DNA from: Oikopleura dioica
Taxonomy: Eukaryota > Animalia > Chordata
Assembly (NCBI GenBank): GCA_907165135.1
Contig: OU015567.1
Location: 1,798,001-1,862,000 of the forward strand
Direction of reading: 5' to 3'
DNA: 64,000 nt
In this document: one piece after another, positions 25,083 to 37,476 of the stretch
How the letters are laid out: every line of letters begins with the position of its first letter
Numbering within the stretch: the first letter of the stretch is position 1
Position numbers and translations under genes: made by a program
The notes under the pieces: model-generated
The model's database searches: none
Told to the model about the DNA's origin: nothing
The model's input: only the letters and a program-made list of their open reading frames with translations

Positions 25083-27651
25083 ATGAGGATTTTTCTTTTA
25101 TGTCTTCTTTTCCGGAGGTTCGAAGCTGATTCAAGAGCAGAAAGAATGGAGAGAGTTGTTTCACGATTTTATACTGTTTGGCACTCAGAAGAATTCGACA
25201 AAGATGAGGTAATCTTATGAGCTGTAAGGAAAAATGGATCGTTTGACAGGTTTCTGCTGTTTTGAATGAAGTGATTGCCGATTTTGGAATCAAGGATGAT
25301 ATTTTGTTCACCGACCTGTCTTCCCATAAAGTGGCAAACGTCAATATTTCGAACTATGACCTAGAGGAGATCTGTTCTATTGGAAAAGTTCGATCAATTA
25401 CCAAACGACAAAGATAGGCTTTTCAAATAATTTTCTTTAAATAAATTTAAAGATCTAAAAAGCCCTAAAAGAACTGAAGAATCATATGATTCATATGAAG
25501 GCAGCGACGATGAAAGCAGTGACTTCATTTTGATTAAGCCAATTTATTCTGACCAGACGGGTTTCCAGGAATATCTTCGAATTTTGGGAAAATGTGATCT
25601 ACGCTTTCTAGAGATCATCATTAATATTACGAGTGGTCGATATTCTTTTGAGAATTTTAAACCATTTCCGGATATTCGTGGAAACCCCCTGGTATTCATC
25701 TGGTGACTCTTCCTTTGATGATGAGGACTCTTTTTACTTTATTGAGGGAGAATACAGAAGAAGGCCACAACTGAGGCATGATGAGGACGTCAACAAACCA
25801 ATAAGTCAACGACAAACTACAACTACAACCTCAACTACGAATACACCTACGACTACAACTACAACTACGACTACAACTTCAACTACAACCTCGACTACAA
25901 CAACTACAACCTCGACTACGACAACGACTACGACTACAACAACGACAACTTCGACAACGACAACGACTACGACTACAACAACGACAACCTCGACTACGAC
26001 AACGACTTCAACTTCTAGTACAACTACAACTACAACCTCGACTACGACAACAACTACGAGTACAACATCAACAACAACTACAACTACAACAAAAACGACA
26101 ACTTATATAGGTGCATGCTCGGCACTTTTAGAAAATCAACGGAAAAAGCGAGACTCTTACGCAACTGAATTCAAAAACGAGATCAAGATCAAAGTCATCA
26201 TGCTTACTATACAGCTGATAACTAAAACAAAACTCGACAAATCAAGCTTTGCTGAAAAAGCGGAAGAAAAAATGCGAGGCTCAGGATTAAAGCTTATTAA
26301 AATGGTTCCATATGATCCAGACACAACTCTTTTCTTTTGGACTCAACAATGCTTTCTTCTTGCGACAATTTCCTGCAGCATTGCTTTCGTTTTTATCAAC
26401 ACAAGAAAGAATGGGAAGGTTTCAATTTTATCTTCGTTGATTTTCGCGCTGGTTCCAATCATCGAAATTCTTCCTCCTGTTTTTGTCTGGTACGAGTATA
26501 ACACTGTTTCCGAACTCGCCGTCGACCCTGTTCAATGGGTTTCGTTCTCGCTGATTATGTGTGCATCAATAAAGCTTCTAAGCCACGTAATAACGATTTA
26601 TCTGCTGACGAGAGGGAAGAAAAAAGAAGAAAGAACGATTTTGATAAAAACATTCAAAATAATAGTGGAGCATAAAATTCTTGACAGCTTCTTTTTGAAA
26701 GCCTTCGAGGTTTTGCTTGTGTATTTTTACTATTCAAGATTTCTGGGTGAGATTTCTGGTACTAAAATTTAACCATAATTTGTTTTAGTGCATGGAAGCC
26801 CTGTTTCAAATTCGACGTATATCTCGCTTCTCTGCTCATTCGTCACTTACTTTCCGAAGATCATCCAAGTCATGGTGCAGGTACTCAACAGAGTTCTGAA
26901 AGCTGGCTGCGTCAAGAAAAATATCGAGTTCGCAGACGATCAAAAAATGATTGAACAAAAAGGAGCGTATCATGGTTGGGCTCCGCTCGCTCAGAGAGTA
27001 TTGAAGTTTTTGCTCAGTTTAACAAAAATATCAATCGGTAATTGATTAATCAAAGTCATTCTAGTTATTTATTCTTAGTTCTTTGCGCCTTGTTGATCTC
27101 ACTGAATGATTATATCATTGACTTCTGCATTGAATTCAATCAAGAACATAAGATGGACAACAGCATTTGCGCGCAAATTGATGATAACTCTTTATCAGTA
27201 AGTAAAATTGTATCAAGAAGATTTCATCATTTTGCAGGTTCTGAAAGGAAGAGTGAAAATTGACGGCAACTGTTTCGAAAAGAAAATTCTCGAGTCGGAT
27301 TATCGAACTTACAAGACCATTGTTCATCCCTTCAGAACAGAATGCATGCTCAAAAGTGAGTTTATCATCATGACATTCACGATTGGAATCCTCATCGCAT
27401 CAACTCTTATTTCCACCGCGATTTTCTTCAATTTGCCACCAGCTTCTCCCGGGAAATTGAAGTTCAACTTTTGTCTCGCGATCAAAGATGAAAGTCAAGA
27501 GAATGAAGAAGCAGAAAATTCAATAGAACCAACCGAAATAACTCCACTGAATCCTGACAATGTACCATTACAAAGCTCTTTTAATATGTTTTGGGATGGT
27601 CATCGGTTTTTGATTGGCTCTAAAAAGGAGCACAGGCCTTCTCTTGACTAA
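25083..27651 (+). CDS. Putative signal-peptide, Thr-rich mucin-stalk, multi-pass membrane protein
   Basis: MRIFLLCLLF start; about 90-aa poly-Thr tract; several downstream hydrophobic segments (CFLLATISCSIAFVFI, ILSSLIFALVPII, WVSFSLIMCASI, LFLVLCALLISL, FIIMTFTIGILIASTLISTAIFF). Confidence 0.5.
25815..26100 (+). repeat. ACN-codon (Thr) low-complexity coding repeat
   Basis: acaact/acgact/acaacg arrays in frame in ORF 25633-26772. Confidence 0.9.
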
Positions 27652-27732
27652 AATTTTTTCATCAAAATAAAGATTCAACAAAAATGGACAATATTTTTTC
27701 GAATTTCTAATTCGTATGTCAGTATTTATTTA

Positions 27733-27871
27733 ATTTACTGTATCACCAGTTTTTGCTGCATTGAAGAATATTCTTGTTGTCGAATATACGTGGCTTTGAC
27801 GAGTTCTGTGATGAGTTTCTCTTCTTTGTCATCAAGCGGGTTCCTGAGCATTTGTCGGATGTAGTAAGACT
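27733..27871 (-). repeat. Duplicated segment (copy 1) of a minus-strand coding tail; copy 2 at 30375-30512
   Basis: About 138-bp diverged direct repeat, clearly alignable by eye, encoding SYYIRQMLR(N/S)PLDDK(E/G)EKL(I/V)TEL. Confidence 0.85.
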
Positions 27872-28174
27872 GCAAAAAACTCATTAAATCAAGAATAGAC
27901 CTAGCTTTTACGAGAAATTTTAGAGCGTCTGAATAAATGTGAAAAGACTTCATGAGCTTTTCATAGGATGGGAATAAAAGTCATCTCTTGAGTACTCGCA
28001 TTTAAGCAAGAGAAAATTTGGAAAAAAGCTGAGATTTTATTAACAGAAGCACGGAAACATGCTCGAATCTCTGCGAGAGTTATATTATCTTTATTTGATT
28101 CATTTTTTCTTAAGGATCAGAATGTCGAAAAATTTAAAAACGCGCAGCTAAAATGATATAACTTCTTATAGTCG

Positions 28175-29671
28175 GGTGGAAAATACACCGGCATCGACCC
28201 GAAAAAATTTTTGTCATCAAATTTACGAGGCATTTCTGAAGCTGTGCAAACAGAAACTGCAAAAAATGTTATTGTCAAAGGATTTCTTCTCCCTTTCCCT
28301 GGGAACATTGATGAAATACGAGAAGAAGCAAAAACCTTGAAGAGTTTTCGTAAAAATGAGGCTTGACATCAAACCGGTGTTAATGCTCCTTTTTATTTTA
28401 AGAACACCGTAATATTGTCAAATTCATTGAATTTATTGACGAACATCGGCCAGCATGGGCACAAGTCAATATGTGTTTCATAATTATGGAAAAATGCGGC
28501 GCAGGGAGCTTGGTTGATTGGATTTCTGAGAAGAAACAAGCAAAGGAAAAAACTTCGATAATGGAAGCAACCATCATTGGAGCACAACTAGTCTCTGCCT
28601 TAGGATATGTTCACGAGCAAGGGCAAATTCACCTAGACATGAAACCAGCAAATGTTTTTATGATGGAAGATCAGTTAACAGTAAAAAATATATTTTATGT
28701 TTGATATTACTTTTTAATAGCTTAAATTGGGAGATTTCGGGACGACGAGAGAATTTAAGGCATTTGCTGAAACAATAACAGCATCAAATTCGTCGACAGA
28801 AGGTGTTTTAACGCATACGCCGTGTTATGGAACAGCCGAGCTATATAAAAATGAGAAGGTCCTATTGTCTCCTCGGATCGATATTTGGGGCTTTGGTCTA
28901 ATCTTACAAGAAGTCATTACCCTTGAACATGCTTTCGGAAGGGTCAAAAACGTACCTACAGATCATTATGACGAGATAAGTTATCTTTTACATGATTCAA
29001 TATATTAAAAATCTGTCAAGTTTTCAATATCCGTAACGATAAACGAACAAAGCTCTCTTCAATATTTGGATCGAATCATAAATTTGATAAATTTGAAGTT
29101 CTTCTGTCCAAATGTCTTAACGCTGAAAAGCATAGAAGACCAAAAGATGCAACAAGATTGATGAGCGAGGAAATTTTCTCGTCATTTTTGACCGCGAACA
29201 ATAATCAAGAAGAAAAATTGAAGAAAACGATCAATAACCGCAGTCAAATTTGTGAGCCTACAAATGAAAAACAATCAGAGGACATGACAAAATGGACTCT
29301 TGCTAAACTCAACAATTTTATCAATACAAATCAAGACGTTAAAATGATGAGGAAATGCAGGGAAGAGATAACCCGAAGACTTTTCCTCCAAGGATTGGCA
29401 AAAAGCCCTGAGAGAGTTAATTTTTCATTATGAAGTCTTTTAAATAACAGTTGGTTTCCGAATTTCCGGAGTCCGAATCTGGACATTTTTAAGATTTTAA
29501 GGCATCTTAGTGGGACAATTCAAAATCGACCATTGTCCAAATTTCCGGACTTTTTTTCAAATTTTATTCATAAGCCATCATTTTCTCTAATTTAAAAAAT
29601 CACGGTTAAATTAATTTCTTTTTTTAGGCGCAAGCTGAGCTTGTTCGCGAGGTTGAAGAAAGGGAGTAAAA
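28175..29671 (+). CDS. Divergent Ser/Thr protein kinase (non-RD, NEK-like C-lobe)
   Basis: NVIVK...REEAKTLKSF, HRNIVKF, FIIMEKCGAGSL, IHLDMKPANVF, LKLGDFG, YGTAE, DIWGFGLIL, KCLNAEKHRRP; start and 3' end uncertain. Confidence 0.8.
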
Positions 29672-29844
29672 GTAAGAGTTATTTAGTGGTTTTTCTTACA
29701 TAATCTCTTTGTATTGAGCCCGTACCAACGCTGTTTAAGAACACTTGGTGGGACATACAATTTTTTCCGGTGACCCAAATTTCCGGACATTTTCTCGGAA
29801 ATCAGGGGACAAAATTAGTCCGGAAATTAGGAAACCAACTGTAG

Positions 29845-30215
29845 CTTACTTAAAGAATACATCGTCACCAAAAGAAACTGGTCTTCACCAAAGAGGCCCC
29901 CTTGCTCAATCAAAAACCCCGAGAAAACAGAGTTACTATAAGTTTCGTATGGAGGGATCAACCAAAGACTTTTGGTATGCTCATTTTGATGGAGAATATG
30001 TAAAGCGACAAATTGAGACATATAGCCACAGTGACGCTGTTACCCTTATTCGCGGAAAAGACAATTCAGATTTATACAACTTGAGTCTTCAAGATACAGA
30101 TATAAAAATGTCAGTTGCTCTCATTTTCAAATATTATTTTAAATTCAGGAGACGGGGAGCTGAAATTTCTGAGGAAGAATTCGATGAAAAATGGAAATTA
30201 TATCACAAAAAATAA
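29845..30215 (+). CDS. Small domain of unknown function (separate gene or 3' exons of the kinase)
   Basis: SYYKFRMEGSTKDFWYAHFDGEYVKRQIETY...K|MRRGAEISEEEFDEKWKLYHKK with a 39-bp in-frame GT-AG intron at 30110-30148. Confidence 0.55.
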
Positions 30216-30374
30216 TTGCAATCCTGATCATTTTTCCGCTGATAAAATTATTCTCAGAAATACAGATTGACAATCTGGGATTGTGAATTTTGATTCAAAA
30301 AGAATTTTAACAGTGTATTCAATGTTAGTGATATGTATTTACAGGCGATAAGGCATTATAAAAGAAGGAGGTAT

Positions 30375-30744
30375 ATTTACTGTATCACAAGCTGTTCTGC
30401 ATTAAAGAATCTTCTTATCGTCTAATATTCATGGCTTTGATGAGTTCCGTGACGAGTTTTTCTCCCTTGTCATCAAGCGGGCTTCTGAGCATTTGTCGAA
30501 TGTAGTAAGACTCTGGGTTCATCAAGTCTTGGAGCATTTTTGAGGTCATTTCTTCTTTCTGCATTTCCTGAAATAAAAATTGTCTTTTTTTTCCAAAAAA
30601 GCAGAAGCTTACGTAAACTGATTCTTTTATTTCGCTCTTAAGTTGAGCTTGAAGAACGATGGATTCTACTTTCAATTGCTCCTGGACTTCTTTCTCGAGC
30701 ATCTTGAAGTCTAGTCTTTGTTGATGGCGCTCGGCAAGGAGCAA
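30375..30744 (-). pseudogene. Coiled-coil protein fragment; tail carries a premature stop and 1-nt deletion relative to the 27.7-kb copy
   Basis: CAA to TAA after NIRR and an 8- vs 9-nt segment compared with 27733-27871. Confidence 0.45.
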
Positions 30745-31179
30745 AGATTTAAGCTCTTCTACTTCTTTGCTTTGCTCTTCGATCTTAAAATTGATACGTT
30801 CAGTTCATTTCTAAAATTGCAAGGATGAAAACTTTATAAAATAAGTTCTTGGTCAAACCAATCGGTAATTTCCGTTGTACCGCGTTTTATAATCGCAAGG
30901 GTTTGATTATGAGCGAGAAGTGCTGTAGAGTGCGGCCTTCCGTTTCTATTAATATTCATCATGAAAATTAGTCAACATCAAACTACGAGGGAACATATTC
31001 TGTTCGAATATTCAAATCTATCCCTCTAAATTAAATTATTGCCCCTATATACCTATAATATGATGTATAAAATATGTTCATTTCATATCGAAATTTCGAT
31101 AATGCCCACTGATATCCACCTATATAACCGCAACCCATTTCAAATAGATTATTATTGATTTTTTTGAATTCCTTGTAAC

Positions 31180-33240
31180 TTACAGGCTGTCAGCAAAATT
31201 CTCTTCTAAAAGTATTACCTTTCGATTTTGAGCGGCGATCAGATTTTGAATTTTTCCTTGTTGGATGATATTCTGGACTTCTTGCAGTGCCATCGTCTTT
31301 TTAACTCGCCCTATGTCTTCTGAAATATAGTTGTCGAGTGATTTGTTGTCCCAGGCCTCCAATTTTGCTTCAATTAACTGAAAAAATTTCTTTTTATAAA
31401 ATGAAAAGGCACGTTGTCTCACCTCAATTTCGTGAAGAACATCATCATGGCCAGTTTTCAACCCCTCTATGTCATCGTCATATCTATTTGGGTCAATGTC
31501 CTTTATTGGGTCAACTTCATCTTGAAGCTGTTGGATGGCTTGTTTGAGCTCTTCGATGTCATGGGCACTTTCAGAACTGAAGCTGCATCTGATTCCGACA
31601 ACAGACTCTGCAATTGCGCCGGGAATTGCTTTTGTCATGTTTTAAAATTAATCCCTAAAAAATTCTTGATTTGCTCTTTTTTCGATGTTTTTTCAAAACA
31701 GTCCTGAAATTCCTCGTGCCAGCGTGCTAGTATTATCATCGCTTAGACAACTCGTAGTCATGAGCGCACCGTTTCTACTGAATTGATCTTTCCTTCCATC
31801 ATCAATAAGTAGAATCGCCGATCTTGCGTTCTCCGCATTTGGGTCGATTTGAGCCTCGAAAGTTACTTTGAAAAATGAATTCAACGAAGTGTCTGGATTT
31901 GGAATGTCGGCGAGGCTGATGAATTCAGATTCAGTAATGGCTTCAATGTCTTGAACTCGGAACATTTGAATTGCTGGATTATCGACCTGAATTTTTTATT
32001 AAAAAACCCTTCTCTGCCCTCCCCTCTCGCGCTTTGGATCTTTAAAAAGGTGAGAAGAAAACCCAATAAAGGACCCGTTCTTGACGCGCAAATCCTTAAT
32101 CCATTTTTACGCTTGACTTTTAGACGTCGCGGCCATAATCTCATTCATAACACAAGATGCTGGGCAGATGCGATAAGCATAATAACGCTCTTAGTTGAAC
32201 TAGACTTCGCCCTCTTACATTTTTATGATAATTCTTACGTATCAACTGGCTGATTCAGACCTTGGCACTTAGAATCCAGCTCACTGCTACTGCCAAGTGG
32301 AGCTTTTCTAAAAAAATGCACGACAACAATTGTTATTCAGAGTTCAGCAGCTTGTACTACTCAAGTTCGAACTTTGAAGACAGTCTACGGACCAGAGACG
32401 ATTAACGAGACTTTACGCAACTCAAGTCCACGTACTTCTATGATGACGCAAATGCATATTAGAACACTGATTTTGTAGAAGAGACTGTAAAAGTTTTTCG
32501 CGAAATCCCCTCTAAAGACGCATCCCCGTAAATTATGAGTGTACCTGATTTTCAATAAATCGTTTTGACGCCTCTATATTTTCATCACCAATAATAATGA
32601 GCTGCAGCGATGACATAACGAAGAAACCTTCTATGTTCTCTGTCTGTAACTCGTGATGCGACAGAAACTGCGCGGTTATTTCTTCGATTTCAGCCTGAAA
32701 AAATACTTCGTTAGCAGAACTGTCTTTTTGGCAGTAAACTTGACGTCAATGTTCAACTTTTCTGTCAAACTGGTAGATTTGAAGATAGTTCTGATGAATG
32801 TGTCTATATTGTTTGAAATCAGAGGTTTTTCTCAAGATAAACGTCTGACGTTCTCGATTCAAGAAATTTCTGACACTGTCATGACTCATGAGTCAGCGAT
32901 CTTTTAAAACTCAATATGTTCGAGGTTAGAAACAACTCTTACACTGACAAATTACAGACTAAGCGCGTCAAATAACCACAACTAGTAATTTCGTTTGACT
33001 AGAATACATCAAATTCAGTTTTACTCACCGCTAGGTCTTCGACTTGTTGCTCTAGAATAGCGATTTCTTCTGAAGAAGGTGGATCGACTGGTTCTACTGT
33101 CGGTGGTTCTGTAGTTGGAGGTTCTGTTGTTGGAGGTTCATCTGTACATTCTCCATCAGGATAATCATAATTGCAACCCATGAATATCCTCGTGAAGCCA
33201 AGATCTTGATGGGAGCATACACACTGTATCGTTTTAGTTT
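31180..33240 (-). CDS. Putative multi-exon gene with Cys/Pro-Thr-rich and coiled-coil segments, unknown
   Basis: ORF pieces CVCSHQ..GCNYDYPDGECTDEPPTTEPPTTEPP, FKVTFEAQIDPNAE..., HDIEELKQAIQQLQDEV; middle exons not resolved. Confidence 0.35.
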
Positions 33241-36200
33241 CACCACTGTTTTGTGCTCAGACTTTATCCAATCGATTTAGTCAAAGCTTCATCATGGCTT
33301 AGTAAAAACAATCTGTTTAGGCGATGATGAGAACGTGTTGAAGTCAAGAGCGCATATGAGCATGTCAAGTGGCTAGGATAATTTACGGATTAAAAAAGGC
33401 TTCAAATTAGTAAAATATTTTCATCGTATCTTTTAATGACTGTTGCGAGCACGGTCCTGGTGCATGAGACTTGACATGTCTCGTCATCGTCAAAATCGCC
33501 GGTTGGTTTCGAACAGGAATCTGAAATTGTACCAAGGGGAATATCTGGAAGCGCCACACAGCCCTAAAGAATAAGATAAATGACCATCGATGAGTGTACT
33601 GAATATTCCATTTTTAGAAAGCTCAAATTCTTGACTGATGACTACTGCTAAGAATGTTTTGAAAGAAGAATGTCCACGTTTCAAAACGGAAATTCTATTA
33701 AATTACCCTCCATTTTCCCCTAATAAAGGAAACTGCTTATACAACTTTGGGAGCGCTTTCTGTTGCCGTTTTCCTGGCTGACCATTGCTTCCAAACCTGA
33801 CATTCTTTGACGGTTATAAAAAGAGTGTCATAATTTGAGAAGCGATCAGATTAAACTTTGACGATTAAGCTGATCCTTGGTTTATTTCCGTAATCCTCCG
33901 TTTTAGAGCCATTGGGTTTTGAGTGCGTGAGGAAGGTCCATTATAGTATTATAACAGGATAATGTCATTTCCTTTTCAACTCATTTTTGGCATCAAAACT
34001 ACTCTTACCCATAACTTATGGGCCATAAGTCTTACTTATAAGTCTCCTTCCTCTTATATAACGAAAGAAAGAGTAGACATTGTGGCTTTTCTTTTGAAAT
34101 TGATTATTACTGAAATACAGAAAAATTCAGGGGTCGCTAGAGACAGATTTTTTCTGACGAAACACTTGTTTATGGTTACCCTTGCAAGGCCCCGAAGCTA
34201 TATCAATAAATTTTACCCGCGACATAGTCTTGCGTTTTTGGTATTTTCTGGTGCATTCTTTCGGGCTATACGATGACGGTCATCGCGTCCACTCAATCAT
34301 GGTAAATTACAGTCTTGATCTCCCGAGTTTTCAGCGCTAGAATCAAGTCAATCTATCAATGGAATAACATCCCATCTTGACGTATCTTTTTTGTCATTTC
34401 GGGAAACAACTCTCCATTCTTTGACAATCTTGGTAACATTCAATTTTCATAATTGAAAAAGTCTCCTTTTATAACTCATGTTTGGCCGTTTACGTGTACT
34501 TTTGATGTTAAGGGGCTCTTGAATTTAGAAACGTTGCGACGTAATGATTAGAGCCGAGGATGTTCCGATTTATGAGTGGCTCTTTATAGTTTATACTTGA
34601 CCTGTGGAATGGATTTTAAGGGTTGGTACAACAGTAAACCTAGCTTTCTGCCACTTATTTTCTCACAATTAGCCAGTAATTCCCTTATTTTGAATAAATT
34701 TATATACATTCAAAACGATTTTTGGTAGAATTAGTCATCTTTATGTATAAAAGTATCCGATTTTATTGTCAAAATTGTCAGAAAAATTGAAAATTTGAGC
34801 TTTTTTAAGAAATGTGTGAATTTCGTCAGCTATTTTACTCAAGAAAACCGCTGAAAACCTGCTGACAACGTGAGATTCAACATGTTTATACGGATGTCAA
34901 ACAATAACGTCATTTTTGAGTTCCAGAAAGAAGATCGAAAAGCCTAAAAAAACGGTATCTCCAACGAAATATGGGGATTAAATGAAACCGAGGCGACATT
35001 ACGAAACACGCCTCGGCATGTGATTATGGTCGAGATTTACCAAAAAACTTTAATTTGAAAACGAACCGGCGGTAGCCTTCCCTGGCCATATTTTATTCTC
35101 AGGAAAGAATTATTCAGTGGAACTTACGTTTTTGTTTTGACTGTTGAAGTTGACCGTCGTACTTGTTTTTGCTGTACTTCCATTTATTGAAGATGTCCTT
35201 GATTTTGCCTTCGAACTACTTGATGAAGGCAAAGCTCTTCCTTTTCAGGGATCGAGTTCTTTATCCTTTTGTATTTGAAAAAGATAGGATCGACAGACAG
35301 CAGTGGAGCCTGCAATTTTTTGAATTTAATATTGGATTAAGGCCAATCTACTTATTTCTCGAACCAGACCTGGGTGCGGCACTTTTGATACGTCGATTTC
35401 TTGTCCCTTTTTGTCTACAGGTGCAGTTTGACCAAGCGCCGCCAAGTACCATAATTTTTTGTACAGCATAGCTGTTTGACCTTTAAAATCGAGCATGAAA
35501 ATGAAGATAAAATATGATCTGATACAACTAATGGGTTTGCGACTAAGCATATTTGTAATAAAATAATCAATGATAACTAATCATCCCTATTTATTTGAGT
35601 ACGTACCATTTAAAAGGTATTGTTTATTCACTAACTATTGAATTAGAAAGCTCTGTCAGCTCAAGCTTGACAAAAAGGACATTCTTTCAAAAGCAGCGGA
35701 AATTCTTAAGCGCAGAAGTCACAGAAGAACTGCAGATTTCACCAACAACCCATCCCAATGAAAAAAAATCAAATGGAGCAGTTGTCAAATCAAAAAGAAA
35801 TATGATTTCTATTCAATAGCGTGTTAGAATCAATTTATCATATAAAAAACATTGAAAAATCGTTGATTAATTCTCCGAAAATTGGACGAAATCTAGATTA
35901 TCCGTGTTGTATTCCGTAATTATGAGTTGGCTTTTCAGACATTTCATGTTTTATGATGCAACAAGGTCCAACAAGCGATCCTAATCGTGGCAACTCCTTC
36001 AGCGAATGAGCGCGCGGTTTCATAACCTTTTAGAATGCCCTTTTTCTAAGAAAATTGAGCGTTTTCATTTCCGCAAACTTTATTCTTGTGGTTTCAGAAA
36101 ATTAGCAAATTCGACTTACAATTATTTTCTTTGAAATATTTCTTCTTTTATTTCTCTTTTTGTATTTTTCTCTAAAGCTATTTTATGAGAACTTATTCGT

Positions 36201-36568
36201 TTGTATGCCAAAAAAAGACTGGAATTTTGATCGAAAAGAAAAAAGTGCGATTTGTTTATTACTGGTTTTATTCAATCAACCATTTGCTCAATTTCTCGAG
36301 TCCTTAACGTGGCTCACTTTCAAGTTGCTACGTAAGAGATCCCGAAAGCTGAGCGAGGGCGCCCTTACGAGAACGCGCGGTTAGGTTCATGAAACACCTT
36401 CTATCAGCAAAAAGGACCATCTCTTACGTGCCAGCGCCACTGCTTCTTGAAAGTGTGCGTGCGAAGAACGTTGTGGCACATAACTCAAAATGAATTCATT
36501 CCAATTTTTGATTCTTAATTTCTGTAAAAATGGAAATATTAAACAAAAATTTCCAGGGGTCTAGATCA

Positions 36569-36785
36569 ACTGTAACCAAAAACCATGAGTCAGTTTCTGA
36601 AAGCTTAAATTAATAACCGCGAAGCGGCTTTTTTAAAACGAAGCCGCGAAGCGGCTTCGCAAATATTACATTATTATCTATGAAATATTCTGGCGAAGCC
36701 GCATAGCGGCTTCGTTTTTGCAAAAAGCCGCTGCGCGGCTTTTCATTTTAGCTCTTTAAAACCTGACTCAGGTTTTCTACACAGG
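36569..36785. mobile_element. Hairpin-containing MITE-like element (4 AAGCCGC hairpins)
   Basis: Hairpins at 36616, 36639, 36694, 36723; right end aaaacctgactcaggttttctacacagg (36758-36785); degenerate left end ...aaaaccatgagtcag. Confidence 0.75.
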
Positions 36786-37274
36786 ACTACTCGATTAATC
36801 AACCCGTTCTGCCCGTTGAAAATCAATATAAATTCGTGGAAAAATCATTGAATAAATAAAAACATGTTGAACAAGATGAAAGTCACGAGAGAACTTCCAA
36901 AAAGAACGGCCAAAAAGTAACGTGAGAGTTAATTATAGAGCCCCTAGAATCGAATATAATGTTCCACTTCTAGGTGTTGAGCGATTGACATTTTTGGATT
37001 TGATGCGCCTTTTTCTGATCGCGGATTAAATCCCGAGCTACGAATTTGGCGCTTGACCAACGAATACAAGTGCATCTGCCAAATTGTAAAAAAGGAATAA
37101 ATGAAGGGCTGTAATTATCGTATGTTTCATCGAAATTGAATTTCGAAGGATTTGTTCCTCGCGAAAACATAATGAGAATATTCGCACCTTTTTTGCTTTC
37201 CCATCTGCGCTACCCAAAATAAAGCAATATGGGTTTGGCAAAAATATCATGGAGTCCCATTCAGAGAATCCAGA

Positions 37275-37476
37275 GCTCGACAAACGGTGAAGTAATCCTG
37301 AGTCAGGATTATAAAAAAAGCCGCAAAAACAGATAACTAGAAGTTAATTCTTCCTTTAATTTTTGAATTCTGGCGAAGCCGCTGTGCGGCTTCGATTTGA
37401 AAAAGCCGCAAAGCAGCTTAAGATTGCTAACCTTAACCCTAACCCTGATTCAGGTTTTCTACACAGGTTGTCGAGC
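37275..37476. mobile_element. Hairpin-containing MITE-like element, same family
   Basis: TIR gctcgacaa-acggtgaagtaatcctgagtcagg / cctgattcaggttttctacacagg-ttgtcgagc (27 of 33 matches); hairpin cgaagccgc-tgt-gcggcttcg at 37374-37394. Confidence 0.8.
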
